Below are positions 29,171 through 39,268 of a stretch of 64,000 nt of DNA, one piece after another. The notes beneath the pieces were generated by a model, which ran no database searches, was not told the DNA's origin, and worked only from the letters and a program-made list of their open reading frames with translations. The translations under genes were made by a program, and so were the position numbers. Source of the DNA: an uncultured Candidatus Saccharibacteria bacterium (lineage in GTDB: Bacteria > Patescibacteriota > Saccharimonadia > Saccharimonadales > Saccharimonadaceae); assembly GCA_963539155.1 (NCBI GenBank), contig CAUTJX010000002.1:17238-81237 (forward strand), in the 5' to 3' direction. Within the stretch, counting starts at the first letter, position 1; every line of letters begins with the position of its first letter.

Positions 29171-30538
29171 TTACTCTGTTCGCAGAGCCTCAATCGGGTC
29201 AAGTTTCGCCGCCTTGCGGCTCGGCAACCAACCAGCGACGATCGCCACCAGCATCAGCGCCAACACTACAACTGCGGCGTTTATCGGCTGGAAAATCAGC
29301 AAACTATATTTGCCCAGACCCAACGCATTAGAAATTGCCGGATTAGCCAGCGTACCAGCTCCCCAGGCACCCAGCACGCCAAGCATACCGCCCAAGAAAC
29401 CGACCCATGCCGCCTCGTAACGGAACAGCCGGGCAATGTCGCGTTTCGACGCGCCCAGAGCCTTCATCAAACCAATCTGCTGCGTCCGCTCTAACACCGA
29501 GATATACATCGTATTAACAATACCGAACACACTGACTACCAGTGCCAAGATACCAAACCCCATGACAATGGTTTGCAATATATTCACAAAAGTAAAAATC
29601 ATACTCTGCACGTCTTTCGAAGTCATCGACGGATAACCGGCATCTTTCAAGTTATCGCGAACCTCCTCGGGAGTTTTACCGCCAGTGGCAGTCGCATTAG
29701 CAAAAATATATTTCTGATAAGAATCCGTTCCGGCGGTGCTAAAATCAGTTAACTCCTTAGCGGCACTCGAGTCAATATACAAATTCGGCCGGCTGACCAT
29801 CTGATCTGGCGATTTCTTGATAACTGCCGCAATTTTAAACTGTTTATTTAGCGTTTTACCGCTTAGCAACTCTTTCACGCCAGTTTCGCCTTCCTCGGCA
29901 TATACCCGCTGAATTGTCGCACTATCTGCCTGCTGCGGCTGCTGGCTAACGGTAATCGTTAGCATCGAACCAACCACCTCTGCCGCTGTTTTACCTAATT
30001 TTTCAGTGTAGCTCTCTGGTATGACCGCTTCGTCTGGCGCTAGTTTTGTCCCCGATTTGATCTCGCGACCAGCCGCAGTCTCTAGCTGCAAGCTATTATC
30101 GCGCATCATGACTTGAGCGACGTATTTTTTGTCACCTTTTACGCTAAAAGTCACATATTTCGGCTGCAGCTGGTAGCCCGGCTCAACATTTTTGAGATCC
30201 TTGCGCTGGCGCAGCTTTTCGATATCGCTTTGAGTGAGTGTGTCGTAATCTTGGCCGTAGTATGATTTTGCATTCGGATTGTACTCGGTTAGCTCATTTC
30301 TGCTGCCAGTGGCTGCACCGGCAGTAACAACCCGCTTATCTTTGGCAATAATCAAGCCATTCGGATCAATATTACTGCTAATTATCCGATCAACGTACTG
30401 CCTAGCGCCCTCTCCAACCATCAAGCTAGCCATAATCGCAAAACCGCCCACCGCAATAGCTACGCTAGTCAAAATCGTTCGCATTTTAGCGCGGCGCAAA
30501 TTGCGGCCGGCTCTAGCGATAATATCAGTTGTTTTCAT
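29171..30538 (-). CDS. MacB/FtsX-type ABC transporter permease
   Basis: R.K.RTILT, large extracytoplasmic loop, NTM.ISVLERT.QIGLMKALGA, PSRKAAKLDPIEALR.E. Confidence 0.92.
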   Translation of the reverse strand: MKTTDIIARAGRNLRRAKMRTILTSVAIAVGGFAIMASLMVGEGARQYVDRIISSNIDPNGLIIAKDKRVVTAGAATGSRNELTEYNPNAKSYYGQDYDTLTQSDIEKLRQRKDLKNVEPGYQLQPKYVTFSVKGDKKYVAQVMMRDNSLQLETAAGREIKSGTKLAPDEAVIPESYTEKLGKTAAEVVGSMLTITVSQQPQQADSATIQRVYAEEGETGVKELLSGKTLNKQFKIAAVIKKSPDQMVSRPNLYIDSSAAKELTDFSTAGTDSYQKYIFANATATGGKTPEEVRDNLKDAGYPSMTSKDVQSMIFTFVNILQTIVMGFGILALVVSVFGIVNTMYISVLERTQQIGLMKALGASKRDIARLFRYEAAWVGFLGGMLGVLGAWGAGTLANPAISNALGLGKYSLLIFQPINAAVVVLALMLVAIVAGWLPSRKAAKLDPIEALRTE

Positions 30539-31305
30539 TGTTTTGTCTCCTTTGCTGGCTTGCTAGCCGATTTATTTTTGGCAGCAGTTTTGGTTAATGC
30601 TTTGCTTTGGTTTTTAGCGGCCAGTTTCCTAGCGACAGAGTCTGATTCAATTTTGCCGTCTTTGATATGAATCACCCGCTGGCATTTTTGCGCTAAATCT
30701 TCATCGTGGGTCACGATAATTAGCGTAGCGTTGTTTTCTTTACAATAATTAAATAACAAATCCTCGATTACCTTTGAGGTTGCCGAATCTAGGTTGCCCG
30801 TCGGCTCGTCAGCAAATAGGATTTGCGGCCGGCCGACAATCGCTCGAGCAATCGCCAAACGCTGCTTTTGCCCGCCTGAAAGGTCTTTGGCGCGCGACTT
30901 AATCTTATCACCCAAGTCAACCGCTTCCAGCGCTTCAATAATCCGTTTCTTGCGGCCGATCCGCACCACGCCAGCCGTTTCTAACGCCAGACTGACATTA
31001 TCGTAACAGCTCTCGCCGCCCTCGACGAAGAAACTCTGGAAGATAAAACCCATCTTCTGCGCCCGAAACCTATCAGTCGCCCGCGGTTTCAGCCGTAAAA
31101 TATCTTCGCCGTCAATCAGCACTTTGCCTTTTTGCGGCTTGTCGAGGCCGGAAATCGCGTGCATCAGCGTCGATTTACCACTGCCGGATTTACCCAGAAC
31201 CGCCACGCTCGAGCCCTCTTCAATATTCAGACTGACTCTATCCAGCGCCGTAAAAGCATTTTTCTTTTTACCGTATATTTTAGTAATGTTTTTGACTTCT
31301 ATCAT
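30535..31305 (-). CDS. ABC transporter ATP-binding protein (LolD/MacB-like)
   Basis: [30 protein letters not shown]. Confidence 0.93.
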   Translation of the reverse strand: MIEVKNITKIYGKKKNAFTALDRVSLNIEEGSSVAVLGKSGSGKSTLMHAISGLDKPQKGKVLIDGEDILRLKPRATDRFRAQKMGFIFQSFFVEGGESCYDNVSLALETAGVVRIGRKKRIIEALEAVDLGDKIKSRAKDLSGGQKQRLAIARAIVGRPQILFADEPTGNLDSATSKVIEDLLFNYCKENNATLIIVTHDEDLAQKCQRVIHIKDGKIESDSVARKLAAKNQSKALTKTAAKNKSASKPAKETKQ

Positions 31306-31318
31306 TCAGCTTTCCTCC

Positions 31319-32155
31319 TTATATCGCCGTTATTACGCCAGTCGTTAGCAATAATATAATTATCACGCCCAGCCCGATGCGGTACTGGATAAACAACGAA
31401 AAGTCATTGCCGGCGACAAATTTCAACAGCCAAGCAATTGACCAATAGCCAACCGCAAAAGCCACCGCTGTCGCCAAAATTGTTGGCACCCAGCCGACGC
31501 CGCCGCCAATGTATTTGTAAGCGGTCATCGCCTCTAGCAAACCTGCTGCCACCAAGGCTGGAATACCCAGAAAGAAGCTTAATTTCGTCACTGTTACCCG
31601 ATCAAAACCGCGGAATAGTCCCACCGAAATCGTCGCCCCTGAGCGCGACACGCCTGGAATCAGCGCTAAGCACTGCCCCAAACCAATCGCCAGCGTATCC
31701 CGCCAAGTCGTCTGCCGCTCGCCGCGCCGCACAGCGCTGCATTTGTCGGCTAGCCACATCACCAGGCTCCAGCCAATCAATGCAAAAGCCACAAACCATA
31801 AACTGCGCAGCACTGTCTCGACCTCATTTTTGAGAGCATAGCCAATAGCCGCAATCGGCAGCGATCCAATAATAATTGCCCAGCCATATTTGTAATCAAA
31901 CTGCCGCCGCGCCCGTTTCCACCACAAACCGCGCCACCAGGCACTCATCACCCGCCAAATATCATCTCGGAAATAAATTATCGCTGCAGCGATAGCGCCA
32001 ATTTGAATAATAGCCGTAAAAGCCGTCAAACTCGGGTCGTTGATCCGCATACCCATCAACTTCTCGACAATCGTCAAATGCCCGGTCGACGACACTGGCA
32101 AAAACTCCGTTACTCCCTCGACAATACCCAATATGATAGCCTGCCACCATTCCAT
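31319..32155 (-). CDS. uppP: Undecaprenyl-diphosphate phosphatase
   Basis: GIVEGVTEFLPVSSTGH, ALIPGVSRSGATI. Confidence 0.96.
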   Translation of the reverse strand: MEWWQAIILGIVEGVTEFLPVSSTGHLTIVEKLMGMRINDPSLTAFTAIIQIGAIAAAIIYFRDDIWRVMSAWWRGLWWKRARRQFDYKYGWAIIIGSLPIAAIGYALKNEVETVLRSLWFVAFALIGWSLVMWLADKCSAVRRGERQTTWRDTLAIGLGQCLALIPGVSRSGATISVGLFRGFDRVTVTKLSFFLGIPALVAAGLLEAMTAYKYIGGGVGWVPTILATAVAFAVGYWSIAWLLKFVAGNDFSLFIQYRIGLGVIIILLLTTGVITAI

Positions 32156-32231
32156 AATATTTAATAGTATAGCATCTGCAGCCGCCTCGGCAAAAATCTC
32201 AGCTATTTTTACCCATTTTACGCTAAAACTA

Positions 32232-32260
32232 TTGACATAAGCGTGATTTTTTGCTATAAG
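32232..32260 (+). promoter_or_regulatory. sigma70 promoter of orphan gene 32304
   Basis: TTGACA-17 nt-TATAAG. Confidence 0.6.
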
Positions 32261-32303
32261 TTGTATAGAAAGTCAGACAAAAATAAAAAAGGAATAAAAC
32301 AAA

Positions 32304-33641
32304 ATGTGGCGAGAAAGAATGCCAAGAGCAACAGGTACGGCCGAACACGAAGGTCCTGGACGATCGCCTACGCCAGAAGAAATAGCTGATGTCATAAATG
32401 GGGCCGAAGAACTCAATAGACAAGCTGCCGAGTCTGAGCAATCGCCTACATATAGCGCCGCAGCTGAAGCAGAACAATACACCGCAGAAGCCGCCGCCGA
32501 GTACGAAGGCGTCGAACCTGGCCGAGAAAGCGCCGAAGACGCCGCCGAGGTACAAGCTAACGAGACGCTGCGTACCGATGCTGAAATTCTAGGCAATCGC
32601 TATCTTGTTAGTCGAACGATAGCAGGTGCTGGCAATACGCTACAGTGGAGCAAGGAAAGAGCTGCAGCGGCTTGGAATAATGCTAAGGAGCAGCCAGGCC
32701 TACTTAAAGACAAATTTATGTACGGCCTAGCCAAGAGCTCGTATGACCGGCGCAAAGCAAAGTTCGACGAGGTTGCTCATCTCAGCGACAACCACCCGCT
32801 TAAAAAACGCCGCATGAGAAAGCTTGAAAAGGCTGAAAATCGAGTTAACAAACGCAAAGCAGATATAGACAGGCGACATAAGCGAATGAGCGGACGCCTA
32901 GAAACCGTCAAAAACGCCTACGAATCGCGCCGTGAGGCCACTATCGCCGAATTATCGGAACGTGCAGACAAAGCCCGCGCCCGCAAAGCTCTTCGTGAAG
33001 AAATGCGTAGTAAACGTAAAGAACAAAATGTTGATGTTGGTTGGTTTGAGGCTTGGGTAGTAGCCAAAGAACACGTCGACTCTATGCCAAAAGATCAACG
33101 CCGCCGCATCGCTAGCGCCGTCATGAATGCTGCCGAAGCTAGCAAAAACTCACAAGAGGCCAGCTGGCAAGCACGATACGCTGAGCGAGCTTCTGCTGAC
33201 GCGCAAAATCGAGTTGAAATGCTTGGTCAAGAGCTTGGCCAGACCAGGGTTGATCTAGAAAATACGCGCCAGCAGGCTGGAGAGATAGCCGACATGGAGG
33301 CGAACCTCGTCACAGTCAAAGAAAATGTCGCTAAACTTCGAGAAAAAGCCGAATCGTTGTCTGACGATAACGCCAATAAATTCGCAGCCATGAACGAACT
33401 CATCAAAGCAGAAAAGCAACAGGCAGAGATGGAGCAAACGATTGCTAATCACCGACAACGCTTACATGAGTTGTGGGAGCGGCAAGGACAGCTAGCACAA
33501 GAACTGAGTCAAGCTAAAGTTAATGCCGAAAACGCCGCACAGGCACTCAAAGACAAAACGCAGCAGGAAGCTGCCGCAAAGAAGAAGGCCGAAGCAACCC
33601 AGCAAGCTAGAGACCGTAGCGTCGAAAATACCTTTGTCTAA
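32304..33641 (+). CDS. Hypothetical protein (acidic N-terminus, basic middle, long coiled coil)
   Basis: 445-aa ORF with promoter and AAAGGA SD; heptad-rich A/E/Q/K C-terminal half. Confidence 0.8.
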   Translation: MWRERMPRATGTAEHEGPGRSPTPEEIADVINGAEELNRQAAESEQSPTYSAAAEAEQYTAEAAAEYEGVEPGRESAEDAAEVQANETLRTDAEILGNRYLVSRTIAGAGNTLQWSKERAAAAWNNAKEQPGLLKDKFMYGLAKSSYDRRKAKFDEVAHLSDNHPLKKRRMRKLEKAENRVNKRKADIDRRHKRMSGRLETVKNAYESRREATIAELSERADKARARKALREEMRSKRKEQNVDVGWFEAWVVAKEHVDSMPKDQRRRIASAVMNAAEASKNSQEASWQARYAERASADAQNRVEMLGQELGQTRVDLENTRQQAGEIADMEANLVTVKENVAKLREKAESLSDDNANKFAAMNELIKAEKQQAEMEQTIANHRQRLHELWERQGQLAQELSQAKVNAENAAQALKDKTQQEAAAKKKAEATQQARDRSVENTFV

Positions 33642-33671
33642 ACTTAAAACAGAAAAAGAAAGGATAACATC

Positions 33672-33968
33672 ATGCCAATTTTAAGCCGCAGCCTCCTCGC
33701 AGATTTAGGAATCCATCTATCAGACGAAGATTACCAATCGCTTGCCGACCATTTTGAATCGACGCTAGAGGAACGCGTCATCAACGAAATCGTCCTCGAG
33801 CTATCGCCAGAGAAAGCTGAAGAGCTATCGCACATGCAAGAAGCCAGCGACGACCAAATCGTCGATTGGGTGCGCGCCAATGTACCAGACTTTGCAGATA
33901 TTGTGTCTGATGAAATCGATATCTTGCTCGGCGAGCTAGCTGAAGATAGCGAGAAAATGGCCGCCTAA
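33672..33968 (+). CDS. Small acidic protein, DUF5663-like (CPR-associated)
   Basis: LLADLGI...TLEERV......LS.E...E......W...NVPDF..IV..E pattern, recalled from the DUF5663 family. Confidence 0.7.
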   Translation: MPILSRSLLADLGIHLSDEDYQSLADHFESTLEERVINEIVLELSPEKAEELSHMQEASDDQIVDWVRANVPDFADIVSDEIDILLGELAEDSEKMAA

Positions 33969-34002
33969 AAGCCAGTACCGATAGCATCGACAACTTCAAA
34001 AA

Positions 34003-35505
34003 CTACAACTTCACTTCTGGATATATCGCCCGCGTCGTCTCGTCAATCTCATGACGCAGTTGTGGAAATGGCACGCCCTCGCGGGCAGTCACGCCTTCAA
34101 AAATCCAAAATACTCGCTCAGAATACCCCCAGCCACAAGCCGGCGGCATACCGTACTCCAACATTTCCACAAAGTCGATATCCAGCATCATCGCTTCTTC
34201 GTCGCCAGCATCGCGCATCTGTTGCTGCTCAATAAAGCGGTTCAGCTGGTCAATCGGGTCGTTCAGCTCGGAAAAACCATTCCCCAGCTCCGACCCGGCA
34301 ATAATCGGCTGGAAACGCTCCACCGTTTGCGGATTGTCGGGGTTGGTCTTGGACAGCGGACTGACGAACTTCGGCGTATTCACCAACCACACCGGCCCCG
34401 CCACATCTTTACGAATATTCTTCCATAATTTATCGATACTGCGCGGAATGGAATCGGTCTTCTCCACTTCCAAACCATGTTCTTTCAACTTGGCAGCAAC
34501 CTCTTCAATCGTTGTATTATACACATCAATTCCATAGTGCTTGTTGATCACTTCAGCATAATCCCAAACTTCCCACTCGCCGCTCATATCAACATTAAAT
34601 TTGCCCAGCTGAAATTGCAACGTACCAAACGTCTTTTGAAGCACATCTTTATACATTGCCTCCATAAAGCGCATACCCTGCTTCCAGTCCCAATACGCGG
34701 CGTACCACTCCATGGCGATGTGCTCTGGCAAATGCTCATCGGAATAATTCTCATTGCGAAAACGCGGCCCGAGGTCATAAACCTTCTCAAACCCAGCGCC
34801 AACCAATCGCTTCAGCGGCAGCTCGTGAGAAATACGCAGATAAAACTGTTGGTCGTCCAGCGCGTCCATATGTGTCACAAATGGGTTAGCATCAGCGCCA
34901 CCAGTCGTATGTTCCAAAACTGGTACATTTACCTCAGTAAACCCGTGGCTATTTAGATAATCACGCGTTGCCTGCCAAAACTTGCTACGACGAACAAACC
35001 GCTGGCGCACTTCAGGATTAACGTTCATATCGACATAGCGGCGACGGAAGCGTTCTTCTTTGTTTTCCAATTTCTCTGGCATCGGCCTGAGCGACTTGGT
35101 TAGTAATCGCAGCTCATGCACGCCAACCGACTTTTCGCCAGTCTGCGTTGTCGTCATCACTCCGCGCGCCTCGACAAAATCACCCGTATCCAAAAGCTTC
35201 AGCTGTTTCATGCCCAGCATACCGCGGCTAGCATCCAATTCTGCCACATCATCGCGCTGCAAATATAGCTGCACCTCACCAGACCGATCGCGCAGCTTAA
35301 TGAAGGCTAGTTTGCCAAAACTACGAATCGAAACGATACGCCCCGCCACAACCACTTCCTGACCCGCCAGTTCATCATACCGCGCTAAAACTTCTCCGCA
35401 GCCATGCGTCCGCTCCGACCGCGCCGGATACGGATCAACGCCTAGTTCTCGCAGGGTTTCTAATTTTCGTAACCGTTCGTTTCGATAATCTTGTAGTGTC
35501 GCCAT
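34003..35505 (-). CDS. lysS: Lysine--tRNA ligase (class II)
   Basis: OB fold (GRI.S.R.FGKLAF), GGADANPFVTH, YLRISHEL.LKRL, FRNE, ELGNGFSELNDP, EYGMPP. Confidence 0.97.
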   Translation of the reverse strand: MATLQDYRNERLRKLETLRELGVDPYPARSERTHGCGEVLARYDELAGQEVVVAGRIVSIRSFGKLAFIKLRDRSGEVQLYLQRDDVAELDASRGMLGMKQLKLLDTGDFVEARGVMTTTQTGEKSVGVHELRLLTKSLRPMPEKLENKEERFRRRYVDMNVNPEVRQRFVRRSKFWQATRDYLNSHGFTEVNVPVLEHTTGGADANPFVTHMDALDDQQFYLRISHELPLKRLVGAGFEKVYDLGPRFRNENYSDEHLPEHIAMEWYAAYWDWKQGMRFMEAMYKDVLQKTFGTLQFQLGKFNVDMSGEWEVWDYAEVINKHYGIDVYNTTIEEVAAKLKEHGLEVEKTDSIPRSIDKLWKNIRKDVAGPVWLVNTPKFVSPLSKTNPDNPQTVERFQPIIAGSELGNGFSELNDPIDQLNRFIEQQQMRDAGDEEAMMLDIDFVEMLEYGMPPACGWGYSERVFWIFEGVTAREGVPFPQLRHEIDETTRAIYPEVKL

Positions 35506-35537
35506 AATTATTTATTATAGCACACCCCTGTTAGTAG

Positions 35538-35993
35538 CTACGAAATTGCTTTGATTGCGTAGATAGTCTCGCCTTTGGGCGTGTTAATAGCGGCGGTATC
35601 GCCCACTACCTTATCAATTAGTGCCACGCCCAGCGGCGATTCGTCGCTAATTTTGCCATTCAGCGGATCGGCTTCAACCGGGCCAACAACCGTATATTCA
35701 AATATTTTACCGCCAGATTCAAGCGTCACTCGACTGCCCAAACTAACTTTGTGAGTGGTGCCGCCCTTGATATCCTCGGCGTTCTGCAAAATATCCTCAA
35801 TCTCGGCAATACGCGTCTCGACTAGGCCTTGCTCTTCGCGCGCCTGATCATACTCGGCATTCTCGCTCAGATCGCCGTAACCGCGCGCTTCAGCGATTTT
35901 CTCGGCAATCTCGCCGCGGCGACCCTTCAGGGCAGCTAGCTCTTCTTCAAGCTCTTTTCTTCCATCCTCGGTGATCTGATATGCTTTTTTCAT
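35538..35993 (-). CDS. greA: Transcription elongation factor GreA
   Basis: AR.YGDLSENAEY..A.EEQ, EADP..GKIS.ESPLG.AL. Confidence 0.96.
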   Translation of the reverse strand: MKKAYQITEDGRKELEEELAALKGRRGEIAEKIAEARGYGDLSENAEYDQAREEQGLVETRIAEIEDILQNAEDIKGGTTHKVSLGSRVTLESGGKIFEYTVVGPVEADPLNGKISDESPLGVALIDKVVGDTAAINTPKGETIYAIKAIS

Positions 35994-36073
35994 GAGTTTT
36001 ACTCCTTTCGTTATACCGCCCGAAATTTTCTCTGTCTAGAGAAACCCCAGCCCTCCAATACAAAATACTCAGA

Positions 36074-37312
36074 TTAGTTCAGTGTAGCAAGCAACTCATC
36101 TGCCGTCAAGAGTCGTTGTTCGCCAGTCTGACGCGTTGACACCTCCCATTTACCATCATCAAGCAAGCGATCGCTGACCGTCACCCGATACGGAATACCC
36201 AGCAGTTCGGCATCAGCAAATTTAACCCCTGGACGCTCGTCGCGATCGTCATAGATAGTCTCGATTCCGGCAGATTGCAACTTCTGGTAGAGTTCGTCAG
36301 CTGTAGCACGCGACTGGCTGCCAATTTGCACCAGATATACTTTAGCTGGTGCAATGTTTTCCGGCCAAACCAGCCCCTTGTCATCAGCAAATTTCTCAAC
36401 AATTACGCCCATCACCCGGGTGATACCGATACCGTAGCTGCCCATATAAGCGTACTGCTCTACACCCTCAGCGTCAGTAAAGACCAGGCGCATTTCCTCG
36501 GACTTTTGCGTACCGAAGTTAAAGATGTTGCCAACCTCGGCAGTTTTGACTCTTTCTAGCTCGCTGCGGTCAATGCCCAGCTCCTTGACGGCTTCATCCA
36601 AAACCTCTTCGTTCACAGCAATATTTTTGCCGCGGTGCAGATAAATATAATCCTCGCCAGCGTCACAAATCGTCTGAAATTCGTGGCTAAATTTAGTGAA
36701 AGCTCCGCCCGAGGCAAACGTCACATATGTCTCATCGCCGATACCAAAGCGGTCGTAGCAGCGCTTATAAGCCTCAATCGCGGCGTTATAATACTTATCC
36801 AAGTCTTCTTTGCTGGCATGTACCGAGTACATATCTTTCATAACGAACTCGCGGCCGCGCATAATACCGCTTTTGGCGCGCAGCTCGTTGCGCAGCTTGT
36901 TCTGGAATTGGTAAACGCTAATTGGCAAATCCTTATAGCTCTTCAAATAATTACGCAGTAAATCAACAATCGGCTCTTCGTGCGTCCAGCCGAAACCGAC
37001 CTCAGTGCCGTCTTGCAGATGAGACTTAAACCAAACATCGACCAACTCGTCGCTCCAGCGCCCAGTCTCCTGCCATGTTTCTTTACGCTGTAGTGTGCTC
37101 ATGACTAGCTCTTGACTGTCAATTTTATTCATCTCTTCGCGGACAATTTGCTTGATATTCTCAACCACCTTTAGTCCCAGTGGCAAGTATGAATAAACGC
37201 CCGCCATCGTTTTATGCACGTAGCCAGCGCGAATCAGCAGCTGGGCATTACGCGCCACCTCGTCAGCTGGCGCCTGCTTGATAGTTCGAGTAAAATTCTT
37301 ACTTAGTCTCAT
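36074..37312 (-). CDS. proS: Proline--tRNA ligase (short, no INS editing domain)
   Basis: QLLIRAGY, GVYSYLPLG, THEE, YQFQ.K.RNELR, REF.MKD.YS, EVGNIF, MGSYGIGITR. Confidence 0.95.
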   Translation of the reverse strand: MRLSKNFTRTIKQAPADEVARNAQLLIRAGYVHKTMAGVYSYLPLGLKVVENIKQIVREEMNKIDSQELVMSTLQRKETWQETGRWSDELVDVWFKSHLQDGTEVGFGWTHEEPIVDLLRNYLKSYKDLPISVYQFQNKLRNELRAKSGIMRGREFVMKDMYSVHASKEDLDKYYNAAIEAYKRCYDRFGIGDETYVTFASGGAFTKFSHEFQTICDAGEDYIYLHRGKNIAVNEEVLDEAVKELGIDRSELERVKTAEVGNIFNFGTQKSEEMRLVFTDAEGVEQYAYMGSYGIGITRVMGVIVEKFADDKGLVWPENIAPAKVYLVQIGSQSRATADELYQKLQSAGIETIYDDRDERPGVKFADAELLGIPYRVTVSDRLLDDGKWEVSTRQTGEQRLLTADELLATLN

Positions 37313-37351
37313 AATATCCTCATTTTACCGTGAATCACGCATATCAACAAA

Positions 37352-38107
37352 TTACCAAAACGCCGCCGCAACATAAACCGCATAAAAAGCCACGCTATTC
37401 TTGATTGCGTGCAGCAAAAAGCCAGACCAAATCGATCCAGTATATTCACGCAGCGTACAAAGCACCAAACTCAGCGCAAACGTATCAATACCAACATTCC
37501 ACTGCCCATGCGCCACCCCAAAAAGCAAACTAACAAAAAAAACGTTAGCTGCTACTGGCAGCTTCGCCAAACGCAGTTTGCCATACAGTATACCGCGAAA
37601 AATTAACTCCTCGCATAATGGCACCACTATAACTAGCACCACGAAAGCTATCGCTAAATCTAGCGAAAACAGCCTATCTGATACCCCAATATCCTGAGCT
37701 TGGTTTGGGTTAAATCCTGGTATAATGACTTGCGCAACAAATGATAAGCTCACTGTCAAAGCAATGTAAGCCACCGCGCCAACGATTGCCATACCGATAT
37801 CGCGCCACTCAATCAACCGCTGCACACCAGCCTGTTTGACTGATACTGCTTTTTTGATACGCCAAGCTACCGTGCAAACGGCGGCAATTGTCAAGACATG
37901 AACAAAACATTGCAAAATTAGATTAACCACTGACACATTAGCTTGCGCCAACCAACCTGTCCGTAATAGCAATCGCCCAACGCCAGCTACCGCATAAGCA
38001 GCCGCTACCATCGATATCGCCACCAGCAGCGTCCAGCCGATCCACGATAGTATCTGCCGCCGGGAAAAACGAAGTTTTTTTAGATTACCCACCCGCCAGC
38101 GTTTCAT
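37352..38107 (-). CDS. CPBP (Abi/CAAX) intramembrane glutamic protease
   Basis: P.CEELIFRG, F.VAH, H.IKN motifs. Confidence 0.9.
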   Translation of the reverse strand: MKRWRVGNLKKLRFSRRQILSWIGWTLLVAISMVAAAYAVAGVGRLLLRTGWLAQANVSVVNLILQCFVHVLTIAAVCTVAWRIKKAVSVKQAGVQRLIEWRDIGMAIVGAVAYIALTVSLSFVAQVIIPGFNPNQAQDIGVSDRLFSLDLAIAFVVLVIVVPLCEELIFRGILYGKLRLAKLPVAANVFFVSLLFGVAHGQWNVGIDTFALSLVLCTLREYTGSIWSGFLLHAIKNSVAFYAVYVAAAFW

Positions 38108-39267
38108 TTGAATAGTTTCCCGACGTCAGAAATCGTTACTAATATTATCAATACTATCAAAACCAAGAAGCCAGTACCATGAATTTTTTCCTCGGTATCT
38201 TTGCGGAGCGGTTTCTTTATTAAGCGGAACAAAGCCGTCACAAACCACCGCCCGCCATCAAGCGCTGGAATCGGTAATATATTCATCACTGCCAGCGACA
38301 AAGCGATTAACCCAGCAATCATCAAGACATAGCGGCCGCCAGCCTCGCCAGCCGCTGGGAACAACATACCGAATATCGTCACTGGTCCGCCAACACTATT
38401 GCCAACTGTTGCTAATTTTTGATTAGCCTGCTGCTGCGCCTGGTCGTTCGGCACGATTTTCATAGCCAGCCCCGTCAAACCGTCATAAACAACTTGCCCA
38501 AGCCCTTGAATAGTTATCCCGGTCAATTGAGTAGTCAGTCCTACGCCGACAATTGGCGCCGACCAAGTCGAACGCATCAAGACTTCTTGAGATAAACTGG
38601 CGCCCAGATAACCGCGCTTGTCATCATTGCTAGACCGCAATGCTACAGGCAGCACTGCCTCTCGGCCGTTTCGCGAGTAGCGAATCTTGACTGTTTTGCC
38701 TTTGTCGCGAGCTAATCTCTTGGTCAGCTCATCTGGAGTTTTAATCTTATCGCCGTCAACCGACAGAATATCGTCGCCAGTTTTTAATCCGCTTTTTTGC
38801 GCCGGCAAGTCGTTCTCGACACCGGCTATCTTGACTTCTTTACCTGAAGTTGTCGTGTCGCTAGCCACGGTGAATTGATTAGCGACAAGCGGCGGCATAC
38901 CCCACCACGCCAAAATCGTAAATATCAACACCGCACTCAGCCAGTTCACCGCTACGCCAGCCAGCAAGATCTGTGTTTTTTGCCAAAATGTCGCTGCGCC
39001 GTAGTCGCCAGGCTGCTTATCATCGTCGTGCTCGCCTTGTAACTTAACGAAACCGCCTAGCGGCAGCCAGTTAACACTGTAATCAACATTTTTGCCCAAA
39101 AAGCTTTTCTTGACCTTCTTCTTATAAGCTGCCGGCGGGAAGCCAATACCAAACTCCTCAACACGCACGCCGTAACGCCGCGCCACCAAAGCATGGCCTA
39201 ACTCGTGCGTCACCACTAAAATAGTCAACACAATTATACCGACAATGATACCAAAAAATAAACTCAT
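38104..39267 (-). CDS. rseP: Site-2 protease RseP (M50, PDZ)
   Basis: HELGH, F.IGF, LPLGGFV, NILPIPALDGG; start at ATG 39267 immediately after the uppS stop. Confidence 0.93.
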   Translation of the reverse strand: MSLFFGIIVGIIVLTILVVTHELGHALVARRYGVRVEEFGIGFPPAAYKKKVKKSFLGKNVDYSVNWLPLGGFVKLQGEHDDDKQPGDYGAATFWQKTQILLAGVAVNWLSAVLIFTILAWWGMPPLVANQFTVASDTTTSGKEVKIAGVENDLPAQKSGLKTGDDILSVDGDKIKTPDELTKRLARDKGKTVKIRYSRNGREAVLPVALRSSNDDKRGYLGASLSQEVLMRSTWSAPIVGVGLTTQLTGITIQGLGQVVYDGLTGLAMKIVPNDQAQQQANQKLATVGNSVGGPVTIFGMLFPAAGEAGGRYVLMIAGLIALSLAVMNILPIPALDGGRWFVTALFRLIKKPLRKDTEEKIHGTGFLVLIVLIILVTISDVGKLFK

Positions 39268-39268
39268 T

